Assembly: GCA_963846575.1 (NCBI GenBank)
Contig: CAWJWJ010000002.1
Coordinates: forward strand, 2,528,001 to 2,592,000
Source of the DNA: an uncultured Nitrospiraceae bacterium
Lineage (GTDB): Bacteria; Nitrospirota; Nitrospiria; Nitrospirales; Nitrospiraceae
Reading direction: 5' to 3'
Length of the DNA: 64,000 nucleotides
Position numbers and translations under genes: made by a program. Numbering within the stretch: position 1 is the stretch's first letter; every line of letters starts with the position of its first letter. The notes beneath the pieces were generated by a model, which made no database searches, had not been told where the DNA came from, and saw nothing but the letters and a program-made list of their open reading frames with translations. Below are positions 27,925 through 36,613 of the stretch, one piece after another.

Positions 27925-29919
27925 ATGGTTTTTCGATCAGCATCCCGCGCCTCGCAGCTCCGTGCGTGCGGCGTCGCCCTTGCGGTGGCGCTCCTCACGG
28001 GCCTTGCCACATCCGGCGAAGCAGCGCCTCCACAGAAATCCGCACCGGCAGCTCGCCCGCAAGATTCCAGGTCGCCGACGGGCCCCGGTCAATCCACCTT
28101 AGAACAAGCCAAACGCCTGATCGATTCCGAACAACCCGAGGCCGCAGCGGTCATGTTGCGGCGGTTCATTGAGAGCGGTCCCCCGCCCGAACTCCTTGAT
28201 GACGCCTATCTGCTGATGGCCGCCTCCATGTTCGGCATGAAGGAACAGGCGGAAACGATTCGCTACATCACCCAACTGCTCGGTGAATTCCCCACGTCGG
28301 AACTGGTCGACCGGGCAAAACTGCTCCTCGCCAGAACCCATGCCCGTGCCGGCAACCTCGATCTGGCTTTGCCGCTCCTGTCAGAAATCCGCAGCCTCAC
28401 CACCGATCCCAACACGAAACGGGAGGCTTTGCGACTGACGGGCGAATTTCAGGCCCAAAAAAAGGATTACCTTCGCGCGATCCAAGCCTGGCTCGACGAG
28501 ATCCCGCTGGATACCGGGGAGCAGGCACGCGAGACCGAGGGACAAATTCGAGAACTGCTCAACGAAAAGCTCGACGTATCGGCGCTGACGCGGGTTCGTG
28601 AGGCCTACCCGAAGGTGTTCCCGGGGGATCTGGCGTCCATCAGGCTCATCGAACTCCATACGGCAGCCGGGGAGGACCATCTGGTCGAGCGGGATCTTCG
28701 CTTGTTCTTGGCGCGCTTTCCTTATCACTCGTTCACAGCGAAGGCCGCGGAGTTGCAGACGATCCTGCGCACAAAATTCAAATCCTACCCCTATTCCATC
28801 GCAGCCATCTTTCCCATGTCAGGCAAGATGGCGCCATTTGGCACCGAGGTGCTGAATGGCATTCAGCTCGCCTTGGAGCGCCCGAAAGCCGGGGGAGAAG
28901 CGCCATCGGTCGGTCTCATCGTTAAGGATACGGAATCGGAACGTGCGGCCTTTCTGGAAGAGCTCTCCAATGTGCTGACTGACGATCGGCCGCTTGCCGT
29001 CATCGGCCCGCTCCTTTCGAAGAATCTCCCGGTCATGGCGGAGCTGGCGGACCGGGCGCACATTCCACTCATTACTCCCAGCGCGACCATGCCGAACCCG
29101 AGACGGCTCGGGAATTATGTCTTTAGCACGGCGCTCACCTACGGGCATCAGGCCAAACGGATGGCGGACTATGCCATCCGCGACCAGCATTACCAACGCG
29201 TGGCGATTCTCTACCCGGACACAGCCTACGGGCGTGAACTGACGCGCCTCTTCTCGCAAGAGATCCGGCAACAGGACGGTGAAATCATCGCCGCCGAAGC
29301 CTATAAGGAAGGAGACACGGATTTCCGCGCAGCGATCGCCAGACTCAAAGCGGAAGATTTGAAAAAATACGGTCTCGAAGTACCGGTTGAGAGTAATGCG
29401 GCAAAGCCTGCCTCGAAGGGCGGCAAGAAGACGAAGCGCATCCTCTATTCACCCGGCTTCGATGCAGTTTTTATTCCGGGGCGCTCGCTTGATGTGGGCC
29501 TATTGGCGGCCCAGCTGGCCTTCCACGATATCAGCGTACCGCTGTTAGGCACCAACGGATGGAATACGCCCGACTTCGCGCGCGTGGCCGACCGCAGCAT
29601 CGAAGGGAGTGTGTTTGTCGACGGGTTTTTTGCGGACAGCCCCGGTCCCGTCGTGCAGGAATTCGTGGAGCGATACCGCAAACGGTTCCAAGCCACGCCC
29701 TCTTTGTTCGCCGCTCAAGGATACGATGCCGCGCGGTTAGCCGTGGAAGCGATCAAGCACGGCGCAACGACCGGCGAAGCCATCCGCGACTATTTGTTGA
29801 TGCAGCATGATCTCCCGGCCTTGAGCGGCCCCAGCGGGTTCAGCCCCGACGGGACGCTCAACCGTCGTGTGTTTCTCATTCAGGTCAAGCAGGGCAAATT
29901 CGTGCCGCTAGACCAATAG
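27925..29919 (+). CDS. LpoA/LppC-like penicillin-binding-protein activator (TPR plus periplasmic binding-protein fold)
   Basis: Signal peptide, N-terminal TPRs, P.SG...G..V.NGI.LA, VIGPLLS, AAQGYDA. Confidence 0.75.
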   Translation: MVFRSASRASQLRACGVALAVALLTGLATSGEAAPPQKSAPAARPQDSRSPTGPGQSTLEQAKRLIDSEQPEAAAVMLRRFIESGPPPELLDDAYLLMAASMFGMKEQAETIRYITQLLGEFPTSELVDRAKLLLARTHARAGNLDLALPLLSEIRSLTTDPNTKREALRLTGEFQAQKKDYLRAIQAWLDEIPLDTGEQARETEGQIRELLNEKLDVSALTRVREAYPKVFPGDLASIRLIELHTAAGEDHLVERDLRLFLARFPYHSFTAKAAELQTILRTKFKSYPYSIAAIFPMSGKMAPFGTEVLNGIQLALERPKAGGEAPSVGLIVKDTESERAAFLEELSNVLTDDRPLAVIGPLLSKNLPVMAELADRAHIPLITPSATMPNPRRLGNYVFSTALTYGHQAKRMADYAIRDQHYQRVAILYPDTAYGRELTRLFSQEIRQQDGEIIAAEAYKEGDTDFRAAIARLKAEDLKKYGLEVPVESNAAKPASKGGKKTKRILYSPGFDAVFIPGRSLDVGLLAAQLAFHDISVPLLGTNGWNTPDFARVADRSIEGSVFVDGFFADSPGPVVQEFVERYRKRFQATPSLFAAQGYDAARLAVEAIKHGATTGEAIRDYLLMQHDLPALSGPSGFSPDGTLNRRVFLIQVKQGKFVPLDQ

Positions 29920-30012
29920 GTCGCGCGACCACGCCGTGACGCCGCCACCCCCACGGATGATGGCTTGCGGCAGGCCACCGGATGGCCACCTTCAGAAAAC
30001 AGGAGTGATCGA

Positions 30013-31002
30013 ATGACGACGGGTCGAAAACGGGTGCTCAGCGGAATGCAGCCCAGCGGACTGCTCCATCTTGGAAACTGGCTGGGCGCACTGGAGAACT
30101 GGAATCTGCTGCAGGAGCAATACGATTGTTTCTTCTTCGTGGCGGATTGGCATGCGTTGTCCACCAATTACGCCGACACCAGCCGCATCCGGGAATATGT
30201 GCGGGAATTACTCATCGATTGGCTGGCAGCGGGGATCGACCCGAAACGCGCCACGGTGTTCGTCCAGTCACAGGTACCGGAACATGCCATTCTCCATCTC
30301 CTGTTCTCCATGATCATTCCTGTCTCGTGGCTCGAACGCAATCCGACCTATAAGGAAAAGCAGGAGGAAATCAAGGAACGCGATCTGAGCACCTACGGCT
30401 TCCTCGGCTACCCGGTCCTGCAAGCCGCGGACATTCTCCTGTACAAACCTGATCTCGTGCCGGTCGGCAAAGACCAACTACCGCATCTGGAACTCACCCG
30501 GGAACTCGCGCGCCGCTTCAACAATCTCTATCGGCCGGTGTTCCCCGATCCGCAGGAGCACCTCACCAAGTTTCCGAAAGTCCTGGGTACCGACGGACGC
30601 AAGATGAGCAAAAGTTACGGCAACGCGATCAACCTGTCCGACGCGGAGCCCGTGGTCCGGCAGAAACTCAAGACCATGATCACCGATCCGGCCCGCGTCC
30701 GCCGCACCGATCCGGGCAATCCAGACGTGTGTCCTGTCTACGACTTTCACAAGATTTTTTCACCGCTGCCGGTCATCGAGCAGGTCAATCGAGAGTGCCG
30801 CACGGCGGCCATCGGCTGTATCGATTGCAAAAAGCTGGTGGCCGATCGCCTCGTGGAACGCCTCGCCCCGATCTGGGAGGCTCGCGCCTCCCTCACCCGG
30901 AATCCCTCCCACCTAAACGACATCCTCGAAGACGGACGGTGCCGAGCCAGCGCCGTCGCAACCGGGACCATGGACGAAGTCCGCGACGCGATGAAGATTT
31001 AG
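30013..31002 (+). CDS. trpS: Tryptophan--tRNA ligase
   Basis: SGMQPSG.LHLGN (HIGH), YPVLQAADIL, VPVGKDQ, KMSKS; ATG 30013 behind AGGAG. Confidence 0.96.
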   Translation: MTTGRKRVLSGMQPSGLLHLGNWLGALENWNLLQEQYDCFFFVADWHALSTNYADTSRIREYVRELLIDWLAAGIDPKRATVFVQSQVPEHAILHLLFSMIIPVSWLERNPTYKEKQEEIKERDLSTYGFLGYPVLQAADILLYKPDLVPVGKDQLPHLELTRELARRFNNLYRPVFPDPQEHLTKFPKVLGTDGRKMSKSYGNAINLSDAEPVVRQKLKTMITDPARVRRTDPGNPDVCPVYDFHKIFSPLPVIEQVNRECRTAAIGCIDCKKLVADRLVERLAPIWEARASLTRNPSHLNDILEDGRCRASAVATGTMDEVRDAMKI

Positions 31003-31049
31003 ATGGTCGCGCAAGGAACGCGGCCGACGAGGCCGGAGTCGATGAGAAT

Positions 31050-31373
31050 TCAGACAGGCATCGCAAGTATGCGCCACACGTCGGTCAGTTGGCGCTGCAC
31101 CGAACCACGGATCTTCGTGAAGGAGAGCCCGAAGGCATTCGGCTGACACCAGCGCACGATCGCGCCGTCGATCAAAATGGGATGCGCGTCATCACCGGGA
31201 AAGATGCAGAGTTCCACCTCAGTTCCTGGCAGGACCGACACGGTGCTGAGAATACGGCAGCCGCCAGGGGACAGGTCGCTCAGGTCGCCGTCACCAGCCA
31301 GCATCTTACCCTTCATGGAGAAATGACTGCGGAATTGAACCCGAACCCGCTCATGTTTGCGTTTGTTGTGCAT
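31050..31373 (-). CDS. Single-domain PilZ protein (c-di-GMP receptor)
   Basis: RKHER (RxxxR) and DLSPGG (DxSxxG) motifs, VRW...FGL.F. Confidence 0.85.
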   Translation of the reverse strand: MHNKRKHERVRVQFRSHFSMKGKMLAGDGDLSDLSPGGCRILSTVSVLPGTEVELCIFPGDDAHPILIDGAIVRWCQPNAFGLSFTKIRGSVQRQLTDVWRILAMPV

Positions 31374-31527
31374 GACCAGCGCCGCCCGCCCGTTTCATCC
31401 TGAGATCCCTAAGTACCGCACCTTCTGTACGATAGGTCAGAACGGCACGAAACGCCAGTCTTGCGCTGATTCCTGTCAGCATGGGCGTGGGGCCGTTCCT
31501 GGGCAGGAGCCAGTACGGCCAGTATCA

Positions 31528-32043
31528 CTACAGAATCTGCGGTTTCGACTCAGGTATCGACCGGCCGGCGGCATCCAGGACCGCCCGATCCACCAGAATC
31601 GGAGCCTTGAAGTGTATCGCCAACGCGATGGAATCCGAGGACCGGCTGTCGAAGACCTTTTCCTGCCCCTGAAAGGCCACCGTCAAACTTCCATAATACG
31701 TGCCAGCCTTGAGCGTAATGACCGTCTGCACCACCCGACCGCCCAACGCCTCAATGATGGTGTGCATCAAATCGTGAGAGAGCGGTCGCGGCAATTGCTC
31801 ACCGGTCAACGCGCCTTGTATCGAGCCGGCCACCGTGTGGTCGACGAAGATGGGAATCGTCTTGCCTTCGGCAGAGAGCAGCACCACCGGCCCATGGTCG
31901 GAAAGCCGAACGCGCACTTCTCCCACGGTCACCAGGGAGGGATCCCCGACCACTTCGGCTAGGGCGGTCGGGACCGCTGCCCATGGCACCAACAGCAATG
32001 AGAGGAGAGACAGAACCGACCACCATCGTGTCATCGCGCTCAT
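31528..32043 (-). CDS. Bifunctional nuclease (DUF151) family protein with signal peptide
   Basis: IPIFV...A.SI, RPLSHDL, D.RSSDSIALA motifs. Confidence 0.8.
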   Translation of the reverse strand: MSAMTRWWSVLSLLSLLLVPWAAVPTALAEVVGDPSLVTVGEVRVRLSDHGPVVLLSAEGKTIPIFVDHTVAGSIQGALTGEQLPRPLSHDLMHTIIEALGGRVVQTVITLKAGTYYGSLTVAFQGQEKVFDSRSSDSIALAIHFKAPILVDRAVLDAAGRSIPESKPQIL

Positions 32044-32089
32044 GGTGTCCTCCTAGGGCTGGCGTGGGACCCGCTGCGAGGTCCGTCAA

Positions 32090-32719
32090 TCAGGCTCGCA
32101 CGAAGGAATTCGTCTCGCGTTCCCTTTCGATTTCCGTGTCGGCTCCATGTCCGGTCACCACGATCGTTTGTCCATCGAGCGTGTACAGGCGCTCTTTGAT
32201 CGATTGTTCGATGGCATCGAAATCGCCCCCCCATAAGTCGGTGCGACCGATCCCACCACGAAACAACGTGTCCCCGGCCAACAACAGCTTGGCCTCGGGA
32301 AAATGAAAACACATGGAGCCTGGCGTATGGCCCGGCGTGTGTAACGCAATCGCTACCATGTCACCCACCTTCAGCCGCTCCTCGTCGCTCAGCCAATAAT
32401 CCGGCTGAGGCGCCGGCACATAGGGCACGCCGAACATGCGGCATTGCGTCTCCAGAATGTCCCAGAGGGGACGATCGTCGGGATGCAGGCACAGCACCGC
32501 ACCAGTGGCCTGCTTTATCGCGCCGGATGCGAGAAAATGATCGAAGTGCGCATGGGTGTGCACAATGCTGACCACCGTGAGGTCGTAGTCATGCACCTCC
32601 TGCAGTATACGCTCGGGCGCTCCGCCCGGATCGACCACGATCGCCTGCTTGCTCACCGGATCTCCGATAATCGAACAATTACACCCGAGTGGCGGCACTG
32701 AAAATGTTTTTCTGATCAC
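32090..32719 (-). CDS. MBL-fold metallo-hydrolase (glyoxalase II/GloC-like)
   Basis: THAHFDH, TPGHTPG, GDTLF..GIGRTD, GHG. Confidence 0.9.
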   Translation of the reverse strand: MIRKTFSVPPLGCNCSIIGDPVSKQAIVVDPGGAPERILQEVHDYDLTVVSIVHTHAHFDHFLASGAIKQATGAVLCLHPDDRPLWDILETQCRMFGVPYVPAPQPDYWLSDEERLKVGDMVAIALHTPGHTPGSMCFHFPEAKLLLAGDTLFRGGIGRTDLWGGDFDAIEQSIKERLYTLDGQTIVVTGHGADTEIERERETNSFVRA

Positions 32720-32771
32720 GCGTTCCCCTCAGAGACACATTGAATCACAATCGCCTCCCTCAATGCCCCGG

Positions 32772-33437
32772 TTAGCGAAGCTCCCTGGGACTGCGGTCGG
32801 TTTGAGCAATCCAGACCACCTCGGTATCGGAAAGCTTCCAACCGGCTTGGTGACGCACGAACCAGATCAGAAAACCGGCCCCGGTTCCATCACGTCGGTA
32901 ATTGGCCACATACAGTAATGCCTGATCATCTTTCAGTGTCCGCCCCACCCGGGAGAACGCCAGCCGGTCGATCGTCTCCAACTGACCTTCGAGGTCCTGA
33001 ACCGGCCTGGCGACCGGAACTACCAGCAGACCCGCCTCGGTTTCCGGAACCCCTTCGCCGGACACGAACCGGTAACGCACGCCAAAGGTAAACCGGGTAT
33101 CAAGTCTCGATGCCTGTTGATTCTTGAAGACAAAATCACGGACCAGGTCCTTTGGCAACCGGCCATCGAACCACCCTTGCCCGGTCAACCACGCGATGGT
33201 CGGCGTCGAAGTCTGATCGGGATGAAGCCGCGTCGTCGTCATCCGCTCGAGGACCACCAATCTGGTCTGTGACGTCAGGAACTTCGCATCGACCGCCAGA
33301 TCATAAAGGGGATATTCGTCGGCGGGAACAGACATGGAAGCGGGCTCTTCCGCCAAGGCTTGAGCGACTACTACGCCCGTCGACGGGTGGAGCAGTGCGA
33401 TACTTAGCAAGAATACACGCAGGCGCCAGGAACACAT
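32772..33437 (-). CDS. Hypothetical exported protein
   Basis: ORF trimmed to ATG 33437 (MCSWRLRVFLLSIALL, signal-like), which avoids overlap with the opposite gene; promoter directly upstream. Confidence 0.6.
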   Translation of the reverse strand: MCSWRLRVFLLSIALLHPSTGVVVAQALAEEPASMSVPADEYPLYDLAVDAKFLTSQTRLVVLERMTTTRLHPDQTSTPTIAWLTGQGWFDGRLPKDLVRDFVFKNQQASRLDTRFTFGVRYRFVSGEGVPETEAGLLVVPVARPVQDLEGQLETIDRLAFSRVGRTLKDDQALLYVANYRRDGTGAGFLIWFVRHQAGWKLSDTEVVWIAQTDRSPRELR

Positions 33438-33546
33438 GAGGACAGAATAGCCGCTTGCTTCACTGTGGTCAAACCGTCGTGGACGCGATTGATGATGGAC
33501 AAGGGGGGGCCAACTCTGGTAATGCTCTGACGGTGTTACCCAAACT

Positions 33547-34281
33547 ATGATCAACGCTCGCCAGCGATCGTTCTCGCCTCTTCTCAGCCTCGCAATACTA
33601 TCGTGGTGTGTCGGGTGCACTCCGGACGAGTCTCCCTTTCGGCAGGAAAACGAAGGCCTGCGGAAGCAACTCGCCAAACAGGAGTCGGTCATGAACTCGC
33701 TGCAGGACGGCAACAAGGTCATGCAGCAGCAGATCGATCTGCTCAATCAAGAGCTGCGGGATGCCCGGAAACAGGCGGAGCATGCGCAGGCGGAAGCGAA
33801 AGCGCTCGGAACGAAATTGGAATCCCAACTTGCCGAGTCCAAGAAGTTATCAGGAGAAATCCAACGGACCGCGGCCAAGGCGGCCCAGGCCGTAGACAAT
33901 ATTCGTGTCGAGGAGAAGGCCTCGCAGGTGGAAGATCTGCCTCGCCCGTTGGCGGCCGTCGGAAAAGCTGCCGAGGAGGCCCTCGCGCGGAACGGCTACC
34001 ATATCAGGGTCAGCGTCAAGACCGAGCAAAAAGCCGTCTTCGTCACTGAACGTAAAATCTCAACCCCGGCTTCGCTGGAAATGTCGGGGTTCCGTAATCA
34101 GTACGTGGTATCTCTCCACGCGTTGCCGGCCAATGTCACCCGACTGAGCGTCAAGGCAGACTTTGAAAAGTTGGTGCAGGGCGGGCGGGTCTCGCAAGTC
34201 AATGCCGAGGAAACGGCAGACATCGAACGCCGGCTCATTAATGAAATAGGAAAAGCCCTTTCCTCCCCGAGTAAGTTATGA
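33547..34281 (+). CDS. Hypothetical coiled-coil lipoprotein
   Basis: Lipobox CVG-C, heptad repeats; ATGA overlap with the next gene. Confidence 0.7.
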   Translation: MINARQRSFSPLLSLAILSWCVGCTPDESPFRQENEGLRKQLAKQESVMNSLQDGNKVMQQQIDLLNQELRDARKQAEHAQAEAKALGTKLESQLAESKKLSGEIQRTAAKAAQAVDNIRVEEKASQVEDLPRPLAAVGKAAEEALARNGYHIRVSVKTEQKAVFVTERKISTPASLEMSGFRNQYVVSLHALPANVTRLSVKADFEKLVQGGRVSQVNAEETADIERRLINEIGKALSSPSKL

Positions 34282-35216
34282 GGCTGCGGCCTCGGGTCCT
34301 GCCGAGAACGGCATCCCTCATGCGTTGCACGGTCCTCGTTACCCTGCTCCTGGTTTCAGCAGGACACTACACCGCCTTTCCCGCCACCGTACGCGCCCCC
34401 ACGCCGCCCGCCACGCCGGAGTTGGCCGCGCATCTGGCCTCCATCACCGCACTGGCCGTCAGCTCCCCCACCATCCGGATTCCCGCAGGATCGTTCCTGC
34501 TCGGCAGCGTGCGGGTGGATGACGATCCCTATGGGAAGGAAACACAATTCGACGATACCGAGCTGCCGCAACACCGCGTGTGGCTGGATACCTACGAGAT
34601 CGATCGCGACGAAGTCAGCCTCGGCGAATATCTAACCTACCTTCACAAACGCAAACTTCATCCCCCGGTGGAATTGCAAAAACTGATCTGGCACGTCATC
34701 ACCGTCCATTCCGTCGAGGACATGACCTTGGCACAATGGCCGGCCCTCTACGTCACCTGGAAAGAAGCCGACGGCTTCTGTCGCGCACAGGGCAAGCGAC
34801 TACCGACTGAGGCAGAGTGGGAAAAAGCGGCGCGCGGACCGGACGGGAATCTCTACCCCTGGGGACAGCAACTGCCGGACAGTTCGCTGGCCATGTTCGA
34901 TCAACACCATGTGCATGAGATTCCCATCCTCGCTGCCGTCAGCGACGGGGAAGCGGGGAAGAGCTACTACGGCCTGCATCACATGGCGGGTAACGTGGCC
35001 GAATGGGTCAACGACTGGTTCGGCTTCGATTATTACGCCTACATGCCCGAACGCAACCCGCCTGGGCCGACGAGCGGGCGCTACAAAAGTCTCCGTGGAG
35101 GGTCCTGGAAGAGCAAGCGGATCATGTTGAGAACCGCCACCCGCAGCGGCTCGCGGGCGAATCAACGCTCGGCTACGGTGGGGTTTCGTTGCGCCAGGAC
35201 GGTCTCCGCGCACTGA
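34278..35216 (+). CDS. FGE-sulfatase/SUMF1-fold protein, probably non-catalytic
   Basis: P.H.V....F/Y.ID, RLPTEAEWEKAARG, YPWG, GL..MAGNV.EW, RGGSW, GFRCA; FGE catalytic Cys pair absent. Confidence 0.88.
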   Translation: MRLRPRVLPRTASLMRCTVLVTLLLVSAGHYTAFPATVRAPTPPATPELAAHLASITALAVSSPTIRIPAGSFLLGSVRVDDDPYGKETQFDDTELPQHRVWLDTYEIDRDEVSLGEYLTYLHKRKLHPPVELQKLIWHVITVHSVEDMTLAQWPALYVTWKEADGFCRAQGKRLPTEAEWEKAARGPDGNLYPWGQQLPDSSLAMFDQHHVHEIPILAAVSDGEAGKSYYGLHHMAGNVAEWVNDWFGFDYYAYMPERNPPGPTSGRYKSLRGGSWKSKRIMLRTATRSGSRANQRSATVGFRCARTVSAH

Positions 35217-35280
35217 TGGACCATTCCTGCTCGCCAGGCCTTTGGCGAGTGGAGATATGGAGACTCGGGGCGCGTCAGGA

Positions 35281-36405
35281 TCACGCACACCTCATGATGA
35301 CCTCCGACAGAAACGCCATAGATTGCTCTGCCGTTCGAAAGAGTTCCGGAAAGTGAACCAGGAGCTGCTCCTGCAATTCAGGCAGCGTCCGCTCTCCGTT
35401 CAATAAACCCAAGAGAAAATATTCTGCCCGCCCCTGGTCGGACATGCGGGGGGTCGTATCGGGCAGGAGTTTGTGCCGCTGCTCCGGCAGTTGTGCGAAT
35501 CCGTAGAGCGTCGATTGCGCGAAATCCCTGCCATTGGCTTCGATGTGCCAGTTCCAAACCGAGGCATTGTTGTCCATCGACAACGACACTCTGATGCCGG
35601 TTCCCCGCTGAACGAAGACAGGCGTTTCAATAGGAAAGAAGGCCAGTCCCCAGTGAGATTCTTCCGAAGGTGCGTTGGTCAAGGAAAGCCCCGGCAAGAG
35701 GTCGGCCACGAACCAGCCCGCGAGACCGTGCAACCATCCTCGTCTGCCTGCGAAGTAGGAGGCTCGGTATTCGAAATCAGCGCGGTCGGCCTGCGGAAGC
35801 AGCACCTTCTGGACTTGCCGTGGCTCGGACAGGAACGCCTGCTGGTGGAGCTTGAGCGGATGGAGGTTATTGGCGGCATACCGGCGTACCGGAGAATAGT
35901 CGACACCTAAGGGACGATTGGCCCAGAAATCGACCATGTGTTGGTAAAAACCAGGCAGTTCAACGGGAACCATGAAGAGTTCCAATGAATGCGGGATGAT
36001 TTTGCCCGCGGGTTTGAGGAACCGCTCCCTGGCATCAATCACTGAGCCCAACATGCCTTCGTCAAAACCGAACGTGCCGATCGTCTCGGTCAACAGCACG
36101 TCCGTCTTCTCGGGAAGGTCGACACGGAACGACGTGTTGTTGATGAAAACAATACGATCTTGAAAGCCGTTCTGGAGCGCCACCTGCCGGGCGATTTCAA
36201 TGACCTCTTCCGACTCGATCGCGTAGACTTTTCTCGCACCGGCCTGGCAGGCAAAAAAGGAGAGCACTCCCGACCCGCATCCAAGGTCGACGACGACATC
36301 ACCCGGTCGCACCGTTCGAAGAATGGCTTGGCGGTAGCGCTCGACACGAACCTGATCCGTCAGCATGGACAGGTTGTAGTTCACGAAGTCCGTGTATTTC
36401 ATCAC
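35281..36405 (-). CDS. Protein arginine N-methyltransferase-like SAM-dependent methyltransferase with C-terminal PqqD-like helical domain
   Basis: MLTDQVR...Y, VVDLGCGSG, VYAIE, double-E loop TETIGTFGFDE, ARERFLKPAG.IIP, HGLAGWF, SHW loop. Confidence 0.8.
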   Translation of the reverse strand: MMKYTDFVNYNLSMLTDQVRVERYRQAILRTVRPGDVVVDLGCGSGVLSFFACQAGARKVYAIESEEVIEIARQVALQNGFQDRIVFINNTSFRVDLPEKTDVLLTETIGTFGFDEGMLGSVIDARERFLKPAGKIIPHSLELFMVPVELPGFYQHMVDFWANRPLGVDYSPVRRYAANNLHPLKLHQQAFLSEPRQVQKVLLPQADRADFEYRASYFAGRRGWLHGLAGWFVADLLPGLSLTNAPSEESHWGLAFFPIETPVFVQRGTGIRVSLSMDNNASVWNWHIEANGRDFAQSTLYGFAQLPEQRHKLLPDTTPRMSDQGRAEYFLLGLLNGERTLPELQEQLLVHFPELFRTAEQSMAFLSEVIMRCA

Positions 36406-36480
36406 GGTGCACCTCTTTTACCATCAAGAGCTGAAGGTATGAAGCGAGTGCAGGGCGTAAAGAAGCACGAGTTGCGCGGA

Positions 36481-36509
36481 ATCATATGCCGATGAGGGAA
36501 ACGGTGCAA
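36481..36509 (-). promoter_or_regulatory. Sigma70 promoter for the PRMT-like gene
   Basis: TTGCAC-N17-TATGAT on the minus strand; AAGAGG RBS before the start. Confidence 0.55.
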
Positions 36510-36613
36510 GACCCTAGGGCGTTTTCCCGATTATTTCACGGGGTCACCCTGGCGCCTCCGGCAGGCTTTCAAGTTCCACGCCATCATGGCCAATTCCCGT
36601 TGCAGAACAAGGC

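Noticed and set aside
33438..33746. N-terminal 103 aa of the 324-aa ORF 32772..33746
   Set aside because: Overlaps the opposite-strand lipoprotein gene and its own predicted promoter; the true start is more likely 33437.
34278..35216. FGE/C-lectin-fold gene as a diversity-generating retroelement target
   Set aside because: No reverse transcriptase in the window and no second copy of its 3' region (template repeat) found by eye.
36533..36587. Short minus-strand ORF MMAWNLKACRRRQGDPVK as a precursor for the PRMT-like enzyme
   Set aside because: Only 18 codons, no clear RBS, and it lies upstream of the PRMT gene's predicted promoter; no supporting evidence.
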